NCBI RefSeq assembly: GCF_006345805.1
Contig: NC_042997.1
Span: 79,422,001-79,486,000 of the forward strand
Length of the DNA: 64,000 nt
Direction: 5' to 3'
Source of the DNA: Octopus sinensis
Lineage: Eukaryota
Positions 27,297 to 39,903 of this stretch are shown piece after piece (the first letter of the stretch is position 1; every line of letters starts with the position of its first letter). Under the pieces are notes generated by a model. The model searched no databases. It worked only from the letters and a program-made list of their open reading frames with translations, and was not told the origin of the DNA. The translations under genes were made by a program, and so were the position numbers.

Positions 27297-27925
27297 TCAG
27301 AGGCTTCATTGCAAAAAAAATGACAACGCTTTTCAAAAGATTTGTTTTTTCTAGCTCCGAGCTGCATAAACTAATAAGGAGAGTACAGGAGGCGGTAGAA
27401 AAAGCCAGCTTCTATATATGGCTAAAGCGGGAAGACCGAAAATGGCTTGAAAATCATAAACACGCCGACGGGAAATAACATCATTAGGTGAGACAAGCTG
27501 ACTGAAGCAGCTTCGCTGACTGACAGGTGACGGTCGTTTAGAAAGAGCGCGGGCTAAAACTACGCGCCTTAACTAGTCAGTTAAGGTGAGACAGTGTCAC
27601 GTGACAACTTGTTGGTGCTGTCTGCTGGAGTCTATGCGGTAGGTATTTAAAGGGAAAAAATCTAACAAGACAGTCAGTCACCGGCTGACACTCGCTAACA
27701 ATACATCGAAGCGGCCAGGGAACAGAAGAAAGAAGACATGTACCCAACAGCAGAGCTGAAGACACCTCCGAAAGGGGGGGGGGGCGCCACGTCAAAACGG
27801 TAGAGGAGTAGGGGCCGAAACTGGACGTGGTTCCTCCTGATGATGTCTTGAGCTAACTGGATCCCATAAAGGAGCTGTTGTGGTAGCAAACCACGAAACA
27901 CGGTTGTAATTCCCCCAAGAACCTT
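27297..27925 (+). mobile_element. HERO-like RLE non-LTR retrotransposon 3' end nested in Naiad
   Basis: Open frame 27299-27478 RGFIAKKMTTLFKRF..VQEAVEKASFYIWLKREDRKW (HERO-type C terminus) plus GC-rich structured 3' UTR. Confidence 0.7.
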
Positions 27926-28133
27926 TAATAACTATAATAGACTAATACAAAACCTCATAAAGAATTGGAAACACTACACTACTATAAAGTAATATATTTA
28001 TAAAATTATTAGAATATTACATTATTTATTTAGTATAACAAATAAAATCATGTAATAAGTATTATAAATCATATACTAAATTTTAGATTAATACTAATAC
28101 ATAAATCTACAAAATAGGGTTTAGATATAGTCA

Positions 28134-28887
28134 TTATTTATCTAGAAATTTATCATATAAGTAAAGTAACCTGTGTCTGCATTTTATTTTACCACATCCA
28201 GAGTATTCACTAAATTATTATGCTCATAAAATAAAATTTCTTTAAACTCAATAGAACATAAATAACAATAACTGCCTCCTATACTATATGATTTAGCTTT
28301 ACTTATTATTTCCCACCTTAAATCATACTTAATACTTTGGGATTTAAGTCCCCATATGTACTTGCTAAGTCCTGTTGAGTTAATTAGGTTTTTATTTTTA
28401 AATGAATGCATATGCTGTGCGATTCTTAATTTTATTTTAGAAGAAGTGGACCCTATATATATTGCGTTTAAGTTATTATTATCCCTATTATTCTCATTAA
28501 GTAACGTAACTATACATTTATACACTACATCGTTTAAATCACATTTGTTATTAAATTTGCACTTAGTTTTATCTCTACATGTACAGTTAATGAGTGTCTT
28601 ATCTTTATTATTATTGGTATTATAATAAAATTTATTTTTATAAAAATTATTTACCTAAGATTTATTAAAAGAGGAAATAATATTACCTACACTATTAGTA
28701 GTAGAATAACCTACTCCAAAGTTATTACTTGAGAAAATTTTTTTATATTCACGAGTATCATGAGTAAATTGTTCAATAATATCTAAAATCTCTTTAATAA
28801 TGTTCGTTTCAACTTGAGCACCATAAGGGACAATTAACCAAATTTTATTCTTATTTTTATTCTTTTTATTATTATCACTATCATTCT

Positions 28888-28937
<50 letters not shown>

Positions 28938-30594
28938 TTCTTCTTCTTCTTCTTCTTCTTCTTCTTCTTCATCTTCTTCTTCTTTTTCTTTTTCTTCTTC
29001 TTCTTCTTCTTTTCTTCTTATTATTATTATTATTATTATATTATAATTAATCATATTATTATTACCATTATCATTATTATTACCATTGTTATTATTATAT
29101 TTCTTTATAATATTATTAAATTTAAATTTATAATTATAATTAACATTTAATGAATTAATATTAAAATTTGTCTTATTTTTAATTTTATTCTTATTTTTAT
29201 TTTTATAATTACTAAATTTACTACTAATATTACTAACATAATTATTATAATTATTACTAATATTTTTATCTTTATTTTTAATTAAAAATTTAATATTACT
29301 ATTATAACCTGCCTCTCTTGGGGCCTCATTGTAATAAGGTGCATATTTATTAAAAATCTCTAAATCATAAGAAAGTAATGATATACGTTTACTTATATTA
29401 TTAATCAACGATTTTTTAATTGATGGTGGGTGATTACTATTAACATTTATATATCTAAGGTTTTCATTAAGTTTATGATATGGTTGTGTTTTACCCGTAA
29501 TTAGATTAAAATTAACATTCAAATAATTAACATTAAAATTCTCATTATATATAGTAATACTTAAACCATATTTTTTAAAGAAACTATAAATTTTTTTCTT
29601 TTATAATTATAGGTTCCTATTAGTGCAATTTTTGGTAATAAATAAAAGGTCATCCCTATATAAACCACCCTCTATTTTTAAATTTTCTAATTGAAGTTCA
29701 GATAATAGATAAATACCTACCAAATCCGTAGCTTGTACAGAATCGGGTGCCCCATAGGTATATCAAAATAGTCCCTAGTATCCTTCCTCGCCCATAATTT
29801 ATTTTTGTTTCTAATAAACGATTAGCTATTTTAATTACATTAACCTCTTCAAAAGTCATTCTCACTTTATTCATTGCAAATATAAGGGCCTTATTAAACG
29901 CAATTTCATTAACAGAAGAATAATAATTACCTATATCTATTTGAATAAATTTATATCGATTTTTTTCTTTAATATTATTAAACCAATTTAAAGTATTATT
30001 ATTACTAAACCATAATTTTAGGTAGTTAAGCTTATTTAATTTATTAATATATTTATCCAAAATGAGTTTACTCAATTTACCAAGGACAAATTAATCTAAC
30101 TTTAGGGTCTGAACAAAAATTATCTTTATGGTCTTTCAGAGTAATTCTAGGGAGCATAGGTACATAAGGTTCAGTTTTATTATCCAACACATAATTAAAA
30201 TCCAGTTTTATTATCCAACACGTAATTAAAATGGCTAATCACGACTAATTTAGAGGCCTTATTTATAGTATAAAGTGTACTATCTGGAACACTTTTAAAT
30301 TTTTTAATTATCTCTTTCTCTAAAAGGTTATCATATATCTTCTAAGATCTGTAAATCTCTATTATACGGGGGTTCTTTTTTAGATTTAAAATTAGAAGTA
30401 AAATTATTATCATTTATACTATCATTAAAATTAGATATATTATTGTTATAATAGTAGGCTTTCCATTTAATTCTAGAAACAAAATCCTTAATATTATTAA
30501 TAAGTTTCAAAATATATTCTTTTCTAGAGGTTATTGGAATATCCTTCAAAGATGAATTCCAAAATAGCGGTTCTATCTTACCTGTAAATTCCAT
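28134..30594 (-). pseudogene. Naiad-type PLE ORF (RT + CxCx5Cx5C linker + GIY-YIG), frameshifted
   Basis: SSLKDIP..SRIKWKAYY N-term, FIQIDIGNYYSSV, GGLYRDDLL, SNHPPSIKK, NCTCRDKTKCKFNNKC, VVYKC..IYIGST..RIAQH, CYLCSIE..KCRHR. Confidence 0.9.
28885..29050. repeat. (TTC)n/(TTA)n expansion inside the Naiad ORF
   Basis: Gives the poly-K/E/I runs in the ORF track. Confidence 0.9.
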
Positions 30595-30643
30595 AACTTA
30601 CGAAATTGAGATATTACACTCAATAAACGTAATTTATCAATAT

Positions 30644-30705
<62 letters not shown>

Positions 30706-31372
30706 GTGGAGTATAAATTAAGACATGGCAGAGTTGGCCAATATCTCCACTGGCTAATAAGTCGGCATTACAATATCAAAACTGCCGACAAGTGGTATAA
30801 TCACCACCCTGAGGCTGTAACTGAAGGAGAAAATGTAACAATTCTGTGGGACTTTCCAGTACATACAGACCGAACCATCAAGGCCAATAAACCAGATATT
30901 GTTGTGAAAGACCAAAACAATAAAGTTTGCTTACTGATCGACATGAGCATCCCCTGTGATCATAATATCTCAGCGAAAGAGTTTGACAAGCTCAGAAAAT
31001 ATAAAGACCTACTCATTGAATTGAGAAAATGTGGCATCTCAAGGCGGTTACACAATACCAGTGATCGTAGGAGCACTAGGAATGATCAAGAAGGGAACCG
31101 AAAATTATATGAGAATGATCCCTGGTTTACCATCCCTGCAAGAAGTGCAAAAGATTGTCTTAACTGGTACATCACACGTATTGAGAAGAGCATTGTCGAT
31201 GTGAGAACTGTTGCTGCTCATGTATTTTAATTTAACTTTAAAAAAAAAAAATGAACGAACTACTGAGTTTGGTTTAATGGCCTACCAATGTATGCTATGA
31301 GTTTCTTTGCCCTAGGAGTCGGGAAGACACTCGGCAAGAAATGGAAGCAAATTTGAAAGAAGAAAAAAAAAG
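30706..31372 (+). mobile_element. Dong/R4-like LINE 3' end (RLE endonuclease) inserted in (TAA)n
   Basis: RHGRVGQYLHW..ILWDFPVHTDRTIKANKPDIVV..IDMSIP..KYKDL..VIVGALG. (TAA)n on both sides (30646-30705, 31373-31395). Confidence 0.9.
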
Positions 31373-31715
31373 TAATAATAATAATAATAATAATATTAGG
31401 GAGTAAATCTAAACTTACAGGGGAAAATTAGATTTAGGATTAAATCTAATTTTACAGTATAAATATAAATTAAATTAAATTAGAGATAAAACCACTATTA
31501 GGCAAATCAAACAGTGAAAAACTAAGCAAAACATAGAAATAAAATTAATTAATATAATATACAAAATATATAAAATATAAAATTCAAAATTCAAAATTTA
31601 AAATATTTAAATTTAAAGTTAAAAATTTAAAATTATCAATTTATATTCATAAATTTATATATATATATTATATATATAATATATATATATTATATATATA
31701 TATATATATATATTA

Positions 31716-31747
<32 letters not shown>

Positions 31748-31880
31748 TATATATACATATATGTATATATATACATATATATACATATATAGTATATATA
31801 CATATATATATATATGTATATATACATAATATGCATATATACATATATGTGTATATACATATATATGTATACATGTATAT

Positions 31881-32034
31881 GTCGGCCCGGGGCTATAGCA
31901 GAAGGCACTTGCCCAAGATGCCACGCAGTGGGACTGAACCCGCAACCATGTGGTTGGTTAGCAAGCTACTTACCACACATGCCTTGTGAGTGGATATGGT
32001 AGACGGAAACTGAAAGAAGCCTGTCGTATATATG

Positions 32035-32065
<31 letters not shown>

Positions 32066-32280
32066 TTGTGTGTCTGTGTTTGTCCCCCTAGCATTGCTTG
32101 ACAACCGATGCTGGTGTGTCTACGTCCCCGCCACTTAGCGGTTCGGCAAAAGAGACCGATAGAATAAGTACTGGGCTTACAAAGAATAAGTTCCGGGGTC
32201 GATTTGATCGACTAAAGGCGGTGCTCCAGCATGACCGCAGTCAAATGACTGAAACAAGTAAAGAGTAAAGAGTAAGAGTA
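31881..32280. mobile_element. SINE family A with inverted 5' half
   Basis: 31881-31978 is the reverse-complement head, 31979-32280 the forward body and tail. Confidence 0.85.
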
Positions 32281-32312
32281 TGTATATGTGAATATATGTA
32301 TATGTATATATA

Positions 32313-32503
32313 TAGTTAATCCAAACAAGAAAGCACAAAAAAACACAACAACGCGAGGATGTGGAACAAATATAGTATTATTGGACGCTCAGGAAAGAAG
32401 GAAAGAAGGAGGGTTTAACGTTTCGAGCGGAGCTCTTCGTCGGAAACATAGGAGAAGGAAAAATCCAGAGAAGGGAAGACAGAGGAAAAAAATCGCCAAC
32501 GGT
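32313..32503 (-). mobile_element. Short PLE-like pLTR unit with minimal HHR (32413-32447)
   Basis: Minus strand gttt-CCGACGA-a-gagc tcc gctc-GAA-ACGT-T^aaac. Homologous to 40113-40320, in (TA)n. Confidence 0.75.
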
Positions 32504-32554
32504 ATATATATATTTATATACATACATATATATATGCATATATATACGTGTAAA

Positions 32555-32755
32555 TGTGTTTGCGTTTGTACCCGCACCATCGCTTGACAACCGATGTTGA
32601 TGTGTTTACGTTCCCGTAACTTAACCGTTTGACAAAATACACCGGTAGAATAAGTACTAGGCTTACAAAGAATAAATCATGGAATCGATTTCTTCGACTA
32701 AAGGCGGTGCTCCAGCATGTCCGCAGTCGCATGCCCGAAACAAGTAGAATAATAA
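32555..32755 (+). mobile_element. SINE family A 3' half
   Basis: Matches 26540-26728. Confidence 0.85.
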
Positions 32756-32759
32756 AAAA

Positions 32760-32803
32760 AATATGCCATTTTAATCCCGAGCAACGCCCGGTATCTCTGC
32801 TAG
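32760..32803 (+). mobile_element. Isolated Helitron 3' terminus
   Basis: CCCGAGCAACGCCCGGTATCTCTGCTAG|T, nearly identical to 36168-36195. Confidence 0.75.
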
Positions 32804-32929
32804 TCACTCTATAAAGCAAGCACTTTTGAAAATAAGAAAGAGAGGGAAAGAACGGCAGAAAAGTGATTTATATATTAGTCCTAATATCTTTAATGATAGT
32901 GTTGAGAAATATATATATATGTATATATA

Positions 32930-33090
32930 TAACGGGAAGCTTTATGAAAATAAACAAAAGACAAAGGCAGGTGGAGTACAAACAAACAATTGTATTAGTA
33001 TGGCGCTCAGGAATATAAATAAAACAAGTCTTTTACGTTTCGAGCCTACGCTCTTCAACAGAAAGATACACAGAAATGAAACACGGATAT
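32930..33090 (-). mobile_element. Short PLE-like unit with minimal HHR variant (33029-33066)
   Basis: tcttt-CTGTTGA-a-gagc gtag gctc-GAA-ACGT-A^aaaga. Confidence 0.7.
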
Positions 33091-33144
33091 ATATACACAC
33101 ACACATCAGCACAAATGTATATGTATGTATATATATATATATAT

Positions 33145-33335
33145 AGATGTATCTGTATACATGTATAACTGTATATATATAAATGTATTTCTATAGTTAT
33201 AGATGTATATGTATACATGTATAACTGTATATATATAAATGTATTTCTATAGTTATAGATGTATATGTATACATGTATAACTGTATATATATAAATGTAT
33301 TTCTATAGTTATAGATGTATATGTATACATGTATA
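33145..33335 (+). repeat. 56-bp minisatellite, ~3.3 copies
   Basis: AGATGTATATGTATACATGTATAACTGTATATATATAAATGTATTTCTATAGTTAT starting 33145, 33201, 33257, 33313. Confidence 0.9.
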
Positions 33336-33477
33336 TATATATATATAATATATATATATATAGTATATATATATATATGTATATATATATAATATATATA
33401 TATAGATGTACATGTAATATGTACATATATATACATATATACATACATATATACACCCATACACACACATACACACA

Positions 33478-33635
33478 CAGGTGTGGCTGTGTGGTAGCAA
33501 ACATGGTTCCAAAACACATGGCCCTGGGTTCAGTCCCACTGTGTGGTGACTTGGCATGTGTCTTCAGCTATAGCGTCAGACCTACCAAAGCCTTGTCAGT
33601 GGATTGTATAGAGAGAAACTGAAAGAAATCAATCC

Positions 33636-33671
<36 letters not shown>

Positions 33672-33980
33672 ATATATATCACGTGACGTGACCGACCAGT
33701 CCATCAGATGTAGTTACACATCGCTGGTCACAATGCGTTCGCATTGTTTTAGCCTTCGAATGACGCCACCCCGCTGGCTAAGCGAGCAGGCCAACAGAAG
33801 AAAGAGTGGGAGAAAGAGTTGTGAAAGAGTACAGCAGGGATCACCACCCTCTGCCGGAGAGTCGTGGAGCTTTTTTAGGTGTTTTCGCTCAATAAACACT
33901 CACAACGCCCGGTCTGGGAATCGAAACCGCGATCCTACGACCACGAGTCCGCTGCCCTAACCACTAGGCCATTGCGCCTC

Positions 33981-34015
<35 letters not shown>

Positions 34016-34100
34016 GTATGTAAGCATATGTATGTCTTTGTCTCTGTGTTTCTCCCTCATCACTGCTTCACAACTCCTGTTAGTTATTTACATCTTTTTG

Positions 34101-34136
<36 letters not shown>

Positions 34137-34322
34137 ATATATTATATATATATATATATGTATGTATGTATGTATGTATATGTATATATGTAAGTGTATG
34201 TGTGTCTTCATCTCTTTTTCTCCCTCATCACTGCTTCTCAACTGTTCTTCGTTTATTTACATCCCTATAACTTACTGGTTTGACAAGAAGAAACTGATAG
34301 AATAAGTACCAGGCTTACAAAA
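33478..34322 (+). mobile_element. SINE family A (duplicate of 3350-3660) interrupted by a family C SINE
   Basis: Head 33478-33635, tail 34030-34322 with partial internal duplication. Confidence 0.8.
33679..33983 (-). mobile_element. tRNA-derived SINE family C, young full-length
   Basis: Minus strand GTGGAGGCGCAATGGCCTAGTGGTTAGG (A box)...GTTTCGATTCCC (B box). CpG-rich, 3' end in (TA)n. Confidence 0.85.
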
Positions 34323-34569
34323 AAACCCCCACTTTGCAGTATCTCATACTTTTGTTTACCCACTCAGTTGTATCTATCAAGTTATCTTTGTGTATATATA
34401 TATATATAATACACACACACACACGTACACACACATACATACATGCATACATACATACATACATACATACATACATACATACATACATACATACATACAT
34501 ACATACATACATACATACATACGTACGTACATACATGCATACATACACATATACATATATATATGCATG

Positions 34570-36195
34570 TATGTATGTGTTACTTATATATCCGAAAACC
34601 GCTGCACCGGTCCTAATGATATTTGGAACACAAAGTCCAAGCATTGGGAGAAGGGTAATGCTGTGTGTTTAATACAATTTCATGGACCAAAATTACTGAA
34701 TAGATCCTTATGATATTTGGAACTTAGATTCAATGCATAGGACGGGTATAATGCAATATGTTTGGTTTGAATTTCAGACGGCTTAAAGGGGTCATAATCC
34801 CCCATGAAAATTCATAAATATTCGATGTTGATGAAATTTCAGCCATAGGTAATTGACATACATCAAGAAGTATTCTCAAAGTTTCCACTTCTCATGTGGA
34901 TTCTAAGACACTCTAATGGGAGCCTTAACTCCCAAATTTTAGTCATTTCTTTTACGATCCAAAACTAGGTCAAAAGTACTGCATGAATCTTTACGAAATT
35001 TAGAAATTATATTCTATGCATAAGGACCATAACCCACATGACAATTCATATATTTTTGCTGTTGATGAAATTTTAACCATAGATGTTAGACACAAATAAA
35101 GTAATATTTATAAAATTTCATCTTCTTACAAGTTAGAAATACCTCTTCTTGGGGACTTAACACCCACAATTTAGTCATTTATCTAAGCAAAGACGAATAC
35201 AGTTGTACTCTTGGAAGCTGTAGCTTCACTCGTGCATAAAAGATGAGCATTATTTGTAATTCAATGGTAGAACAGTGTAAGAGTTTGCTTTGAGATATAC
35301 TTAGATTGTGATTTCTGCAATGTGGTGCATAAATTGTCAAGTAAATGAGAGGCATCTTTGCCTCCACTGATTCAGTTGCAAACTGTTGAGTAAAGTTATT
35401 TGGTTGCAGATCTCCCTTCAATCTTTTTATTGTCACTGGGTCACACATAGTTCCCACCTGGTAACATTGATTTCAAGGCCTTCCCAGATGAGTGACTGGT
35501 TATCCAAAGATATTTATAGATTGTAAATTTATTCCGTCCAGTTCCGTATCAGTACAATGGTCATTTGAAAACTCCAGAGGTGACACTTTCATTTCTCCTT
35601 AGCCCTCACGTCACACAGTTGTTGATATTTATTTGAGTTGGGTCATGCCCTTCCAATTGCTATAGATCCGTAATGCATCTTACGGCTGTGCCTGTCACCT
35701 GTATAGTGATGAATCCTACATTGGGAGTAGTAACGACTAGGGTACGGTAGCTGATTGCTTTTTGTGATCATTCGTCTTTTGGTTTCCTGTAGCTTTGCTC
35801 TCTTTTACAAACCCAGTGAACATATATATATTTCCTATTTCAAAGAAATTCAAACAATAGATATAAGACCCAAGTTAAAAAGATTCTCAACAATTCAACT
35901 TCTCTGTTTGACATTAAGACACCCACCCCACATTTTAGAGCACTATGACCTCCATTTTTCAGGAGCAAAATCCTTTTAACAGGTTCTATAAGACTGGAAA
36001 TTTGGAATATGCGCATAAAAATCAGTAGTATGGGATACATGTATCATGATTACAATTTTTTAGGATGTGCACAGAGGGAAAGAACCCTCATCTTCAATTT
36101 TGATGAAATTCGAATCATAGGTATTCCAGTTCATAACAGAAAAGTCTAATTCTTCAATTGCATGTAACACGGGCAACGCCGGGTATCTCTGCTAG
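34570..36195 (+). mobile_element. Non-autonomous Helitron with 3' hairpin-CTAG
   Basis: Collinear with 4250-5403, ends GGGCAACGCCGGGTATCTCTGCTAG|T. Confidence 0.8.
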
Positions 36196-37239
36196 TTTAT
36201 ATATAAATATAAGAAATCTACAAATATTACAAAGGAAATTAGATGAAATACTGCTTAGTCCCTTTTGCCAATTCTTTTGGGTGTGTTATTGTTGTTAAGT
36301 GCAGAGGAGGTAAGTTTAGTTTTCTGCTTAAGAAACGACACAGATTGAATCCCCAAACACTAGAAAACAGCCCAAAAAATAAACTAAACGGATTTAAGCA
36401 GTAGTATTTCATCTCATTTGTTTCGGAAAATACTTCTCATTTCTATAAATAAATAACTAAATGTTACCGCCATTACTTCTGACTAATCTTTTCTTTTCAT
36501 TATAAACGTATGTGTATATATGTTAAAGAAGATAACGGGTTCTTTTGTTTTTAAAAATACTAACACGCACACGCACACATAAATATACGAATGTTTAGTC
36601 TGTTCAGAAGACTCAGTGAATTAAGATATAATTCCTCTTGTGTCATTTTTTCGCCCTGACGAAATATTTAACTCGCAATTTTCAAAATAGAATTCTAATT
36701 TATAAATTTGTAATTTGAATGAGTCGGATATGGAAACAATTGTAGGCAAATGTAAATTGACAATATGTTAATAAATTGATGTTATCTGTTAAAACGCTTC
36801 ATTTTCTTCTTTAACATATACTATATTAAAATATACCCATATATATTGAAGTGAAACAAACATCTATTTAAATATATCTGAACTCTGTAACGTGTTTAAT
36901 GTTTGTGTCAATTATTAACTAATAAAAACCAATACTACTAAGTAAAACGTTACTCGAATATGTCATCAATATATTGGATTAAACCGGGGAAACTTGGATG
37001 CTAACATGCCTTTAAATCGCAATCTATATTCCCGCAATAACACACACACATACACACATAATGGAAGAAATAAACCATACATACATACATGGTACCGTCA
37101 ACATAAGACGTACAGGCGTAGAGAGCCGTTTAAAAAATACCTAAAACGTAAACAAGGTGGGAGAGGCTTAACAATGCATCATATCCCTTCGGCAACATCT
37201 CTTAACCACCAAGCGTCGAAGTGCATCCTCTGACCAAGT

Positions 37240-37862
37240 TTGCATACATGAGGCTGATAACATCATAAGACTTGGAAGGCAGCTCTTTGAGCAACACTTT
37301 TTATCTGATAACCTAGAATACATGCCCAAAGACGTCGCACGATTCTACTGCAATATATCAGATGAGGACGAGCAGAAGACTATGCATGGATATGTTAGTA
37401 GAAAGCTCCGAGATGATAGTAACATCGTGTACCAAAGCAGTTTATCATGGACCAATAGCCGGATTACTACCTCCCACTGTGAAGGGTATGTATTTGAAAT
37501 CCAGGAACAGGAAATATAAACCAAGTACCTGATACACAAAAGGGATAGAGATGCGGGAAAAGCCGTAAAATGTGACAATCAATGCAGACTTTGTGGAGTT
37601 CACACTGAAGATATCTTCCACATCTTAAGTAGTTGTCCGAAAATGTCATCACGGTATTATCTACTGATGAGACATGACGTTGTAGTTAGGACACTCTATA
37701 ACGAAATCCGTTATAAAGTTACTTTATCAAGATTACAAGTTCAGGTTTATACCTGTAATTATTGGGGGCCTGGGATATGTAACACACTGCCTAAATATCA
37801 ATCTTGAGTAATTAGGCTTCTCAAAACCAGAAAGTAGAAAGCTAATTCGAAGACTACAGATC
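37240..37862 (+). mobile_element. R4/Dong-like LINE C-terminal fragment, internally deleted
   Basis: MHGY, EGYVFEIQEQEI, CCHC knuckle CRLCGVHTEDIFHILSSC, RHDVV, FIPVIIGGLG. Confidence 0.85.
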
Positions 37863-38696
37863 ATGTCTCATCGGTAGATAATTAACTGACTCTCCTGTAT
37901 TTCTTTTTAACCAAAGCCAGGAACTTTTCCTCACCCACTTGTTTTCGCTTGAATTTAGAAATAATAGGAGAAAGTACTCAATAGAGCAATAAAAATTATA
38001 TATTTATTACAATGAGGATGTTAATCTCTGTCGCTATCCTGAGTTTCGCGAATATCTTCGCTGATCACATAACTGAAAACTCTATGACAAATTACAGTAT
38101 ATATTACAAATAAGACAGGTATGGGGTGGCACCTGAACCAAAACAAAGTGAACTGTTATTAAGAATGAATATGATTTTGAAAAAAAAGTATAACACAAGC
38201 AACAACGAGGGAAAAACTAAGGTGAATATATATAAAAACAACAAAATAACGAAAAAACAAAATCACATATACAAGTGTATGCACATAAGCATACATCCTA
38301 CAGAAAATCAAGTGTAAACAATCATTTACATTTATTTATATACATACACACACACGCACGCACACATACACACACACACACGCACACATACATGCACACA
38401 CACATACACACACATATGTTATATGCACACATTCACACACATACTTTAAAGTAAACTCCCATACATGCGCGCACCGTAGAGACATACACAGCAACGCCCA
38501 TCCACCAATTCATACACATATATAGACGCATACATCCTTACACAAGCAAACTCAGACACATCTTTAAATGATTATGGCTATTTATAGTAACAGTCATGAG
38601 TGTCAAACCATTTATCCCCGCCCACACCACACACATTTGTACAGGTGTCAAACTTATTTCATGTTACTATGTGTGTGTGTGTGTGTGTGTGTCTTG

Positions 38697-38975
38697 AGTA
38701 ACTTTGTCACTTCTGTTTAATATTAATAAAAATATACACATACTCATATTTTGAGTTCTACTTTTACTCACACACACAGGCACACACTCTAGCACACACA
38801 GGTATGGTGATGCAAACTTGAAAAATAGAACTCAAAACATGAGTGTGTATTTTTTATTAATATTCAGCAGAAGTAACAAAGTGACTCAAAAGCCGAGAGT
38901 TTAGTGCACTGATAAATGCCAACGCATGAAACTCTCAGCCCTTGGGTCACTCTGCACTTCTGCTAAATATTAATA
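38697..38975. repeat. Triple inverted/direct repeat (PLE pLTR foldback) centred on an HHR-like core (38892-38939)
   Basis: Arms 38697-38765, 38820-38902 (inverted), 38929-38975. CTGATAA-atgc caac gcat-GAAAC at the foldback centre. Confidence 0.65.
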
Positions 38976-38992
38976 TATATACATGTACATAT

Positions 38993-39111
<119 letters not shown>

Positions 39112-39309
39112 ATATATATATTATATATATATATATATATTATATATATATATATATACACACATACATATAAGAGGGAATTTTACCACTATGTGGAAAC
39201 CCTTATGCTAGAGAAGATCCGCTATGGTCTTAACCACTAAGAATTGTTTTCTAGAAATTTAGCAAACACCAGAAACGTAAGCGAGCAAGACAAATGAAAA
39301 GCAACAAAT

Positions 39310-39386
39310 ATCACAAACAAATGTTTCACTATCAACGAATCACATAATTTTACTTACATAATTTATCTGTAAATCTTCAGTATGAT
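39310..39386 (-). ncRNA. Type I hammerhead ribozyme, copy 1
   Basis: atcata-CTGAAGA-(ttacag..aattatgtaa/ttatgtgatt..ttgatag)-GAAAC-attt-GTT^tgtgat, 6-bp stem I. Confidence 0.7.
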
Positions 39387-39524
39387 CGTCTATACAAATA
39401 TAATTTGAAGAACTACACACCAGACATCAACACGAGGTCGAAAATGCATGCAGTTCTACCTATTACATTTGTGGTCATTTTTCAAAAGCTTTCGTTTTGG
39501 CGCGCTAAATTATATAATATATAT

Positions 39525-39555
<31 letters not shown>

Positions 39556-39826
39556 GATATATATATAATATATATATATATATAATATATATATATAGAT
39601 ATATATATATATATATATATGTATGTATATATATATATATATATATAATATATATTATATATATATATATATATACACACATACATATAAGAGGGAATTT
39701 TACCACTATGTGGAAACCCTTATGCTAGAGAAGATCCGCTATGGTCTTAACCACTAAGAATTGTTTTCTAGAAATTTAGCAAACACCAGAAACGTAAGCG
39801 AGCAAGACAAATGAAAAGCAACAAAT

Positions 39827-39903
39827 ATCACAAACAAATGTTTCACTATCAACGAATCACATAATTTTACTTACATAATTTATCTGTAAATCTTCAGTAT
39901 GAT
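39827..39903 (-). ncRNA. Type I hammerhead ribozyme, copy 2
   Basis: Identical to 39310-39386. Confidence 0.7.

Larger units (their letters stand above)
26729..31656 (-). mobile_element. Near full-length Penelope-like retroelement, Naiad type, with direct pLTR repeats
   Basis: Direct repeats ~26735-26910 / ~31470-31650 flank an RT+GIY-YIG ORF. HHR in the 3' repeat region. Carries nested HERO and Dong insertions. Confidence 0.9.

Noticed and set aside
28530-28590. Selenocysteine in the full-length Naiad Zn motif
   Set aside because: All four Cys codons are TGT/TGC.
33145-33335. CRISPR-like array
   Set aside because: Contiguous tandem repeat without unique spacers, eukaryotic context, no cas genes.
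33900-33983. tRNA gene
   Set aside because: tRNA-like head continues into a SINE body found at other sites.
39358-39389. 32-nt micro-exon (tag|ACGATC...AATTAT|gtaagt) on minus strand
   Set aside because: Overlaps the hammerhead core and stem II of a repeat unit; better explained as repeat sequence, though cryptic splicing is not excluded.
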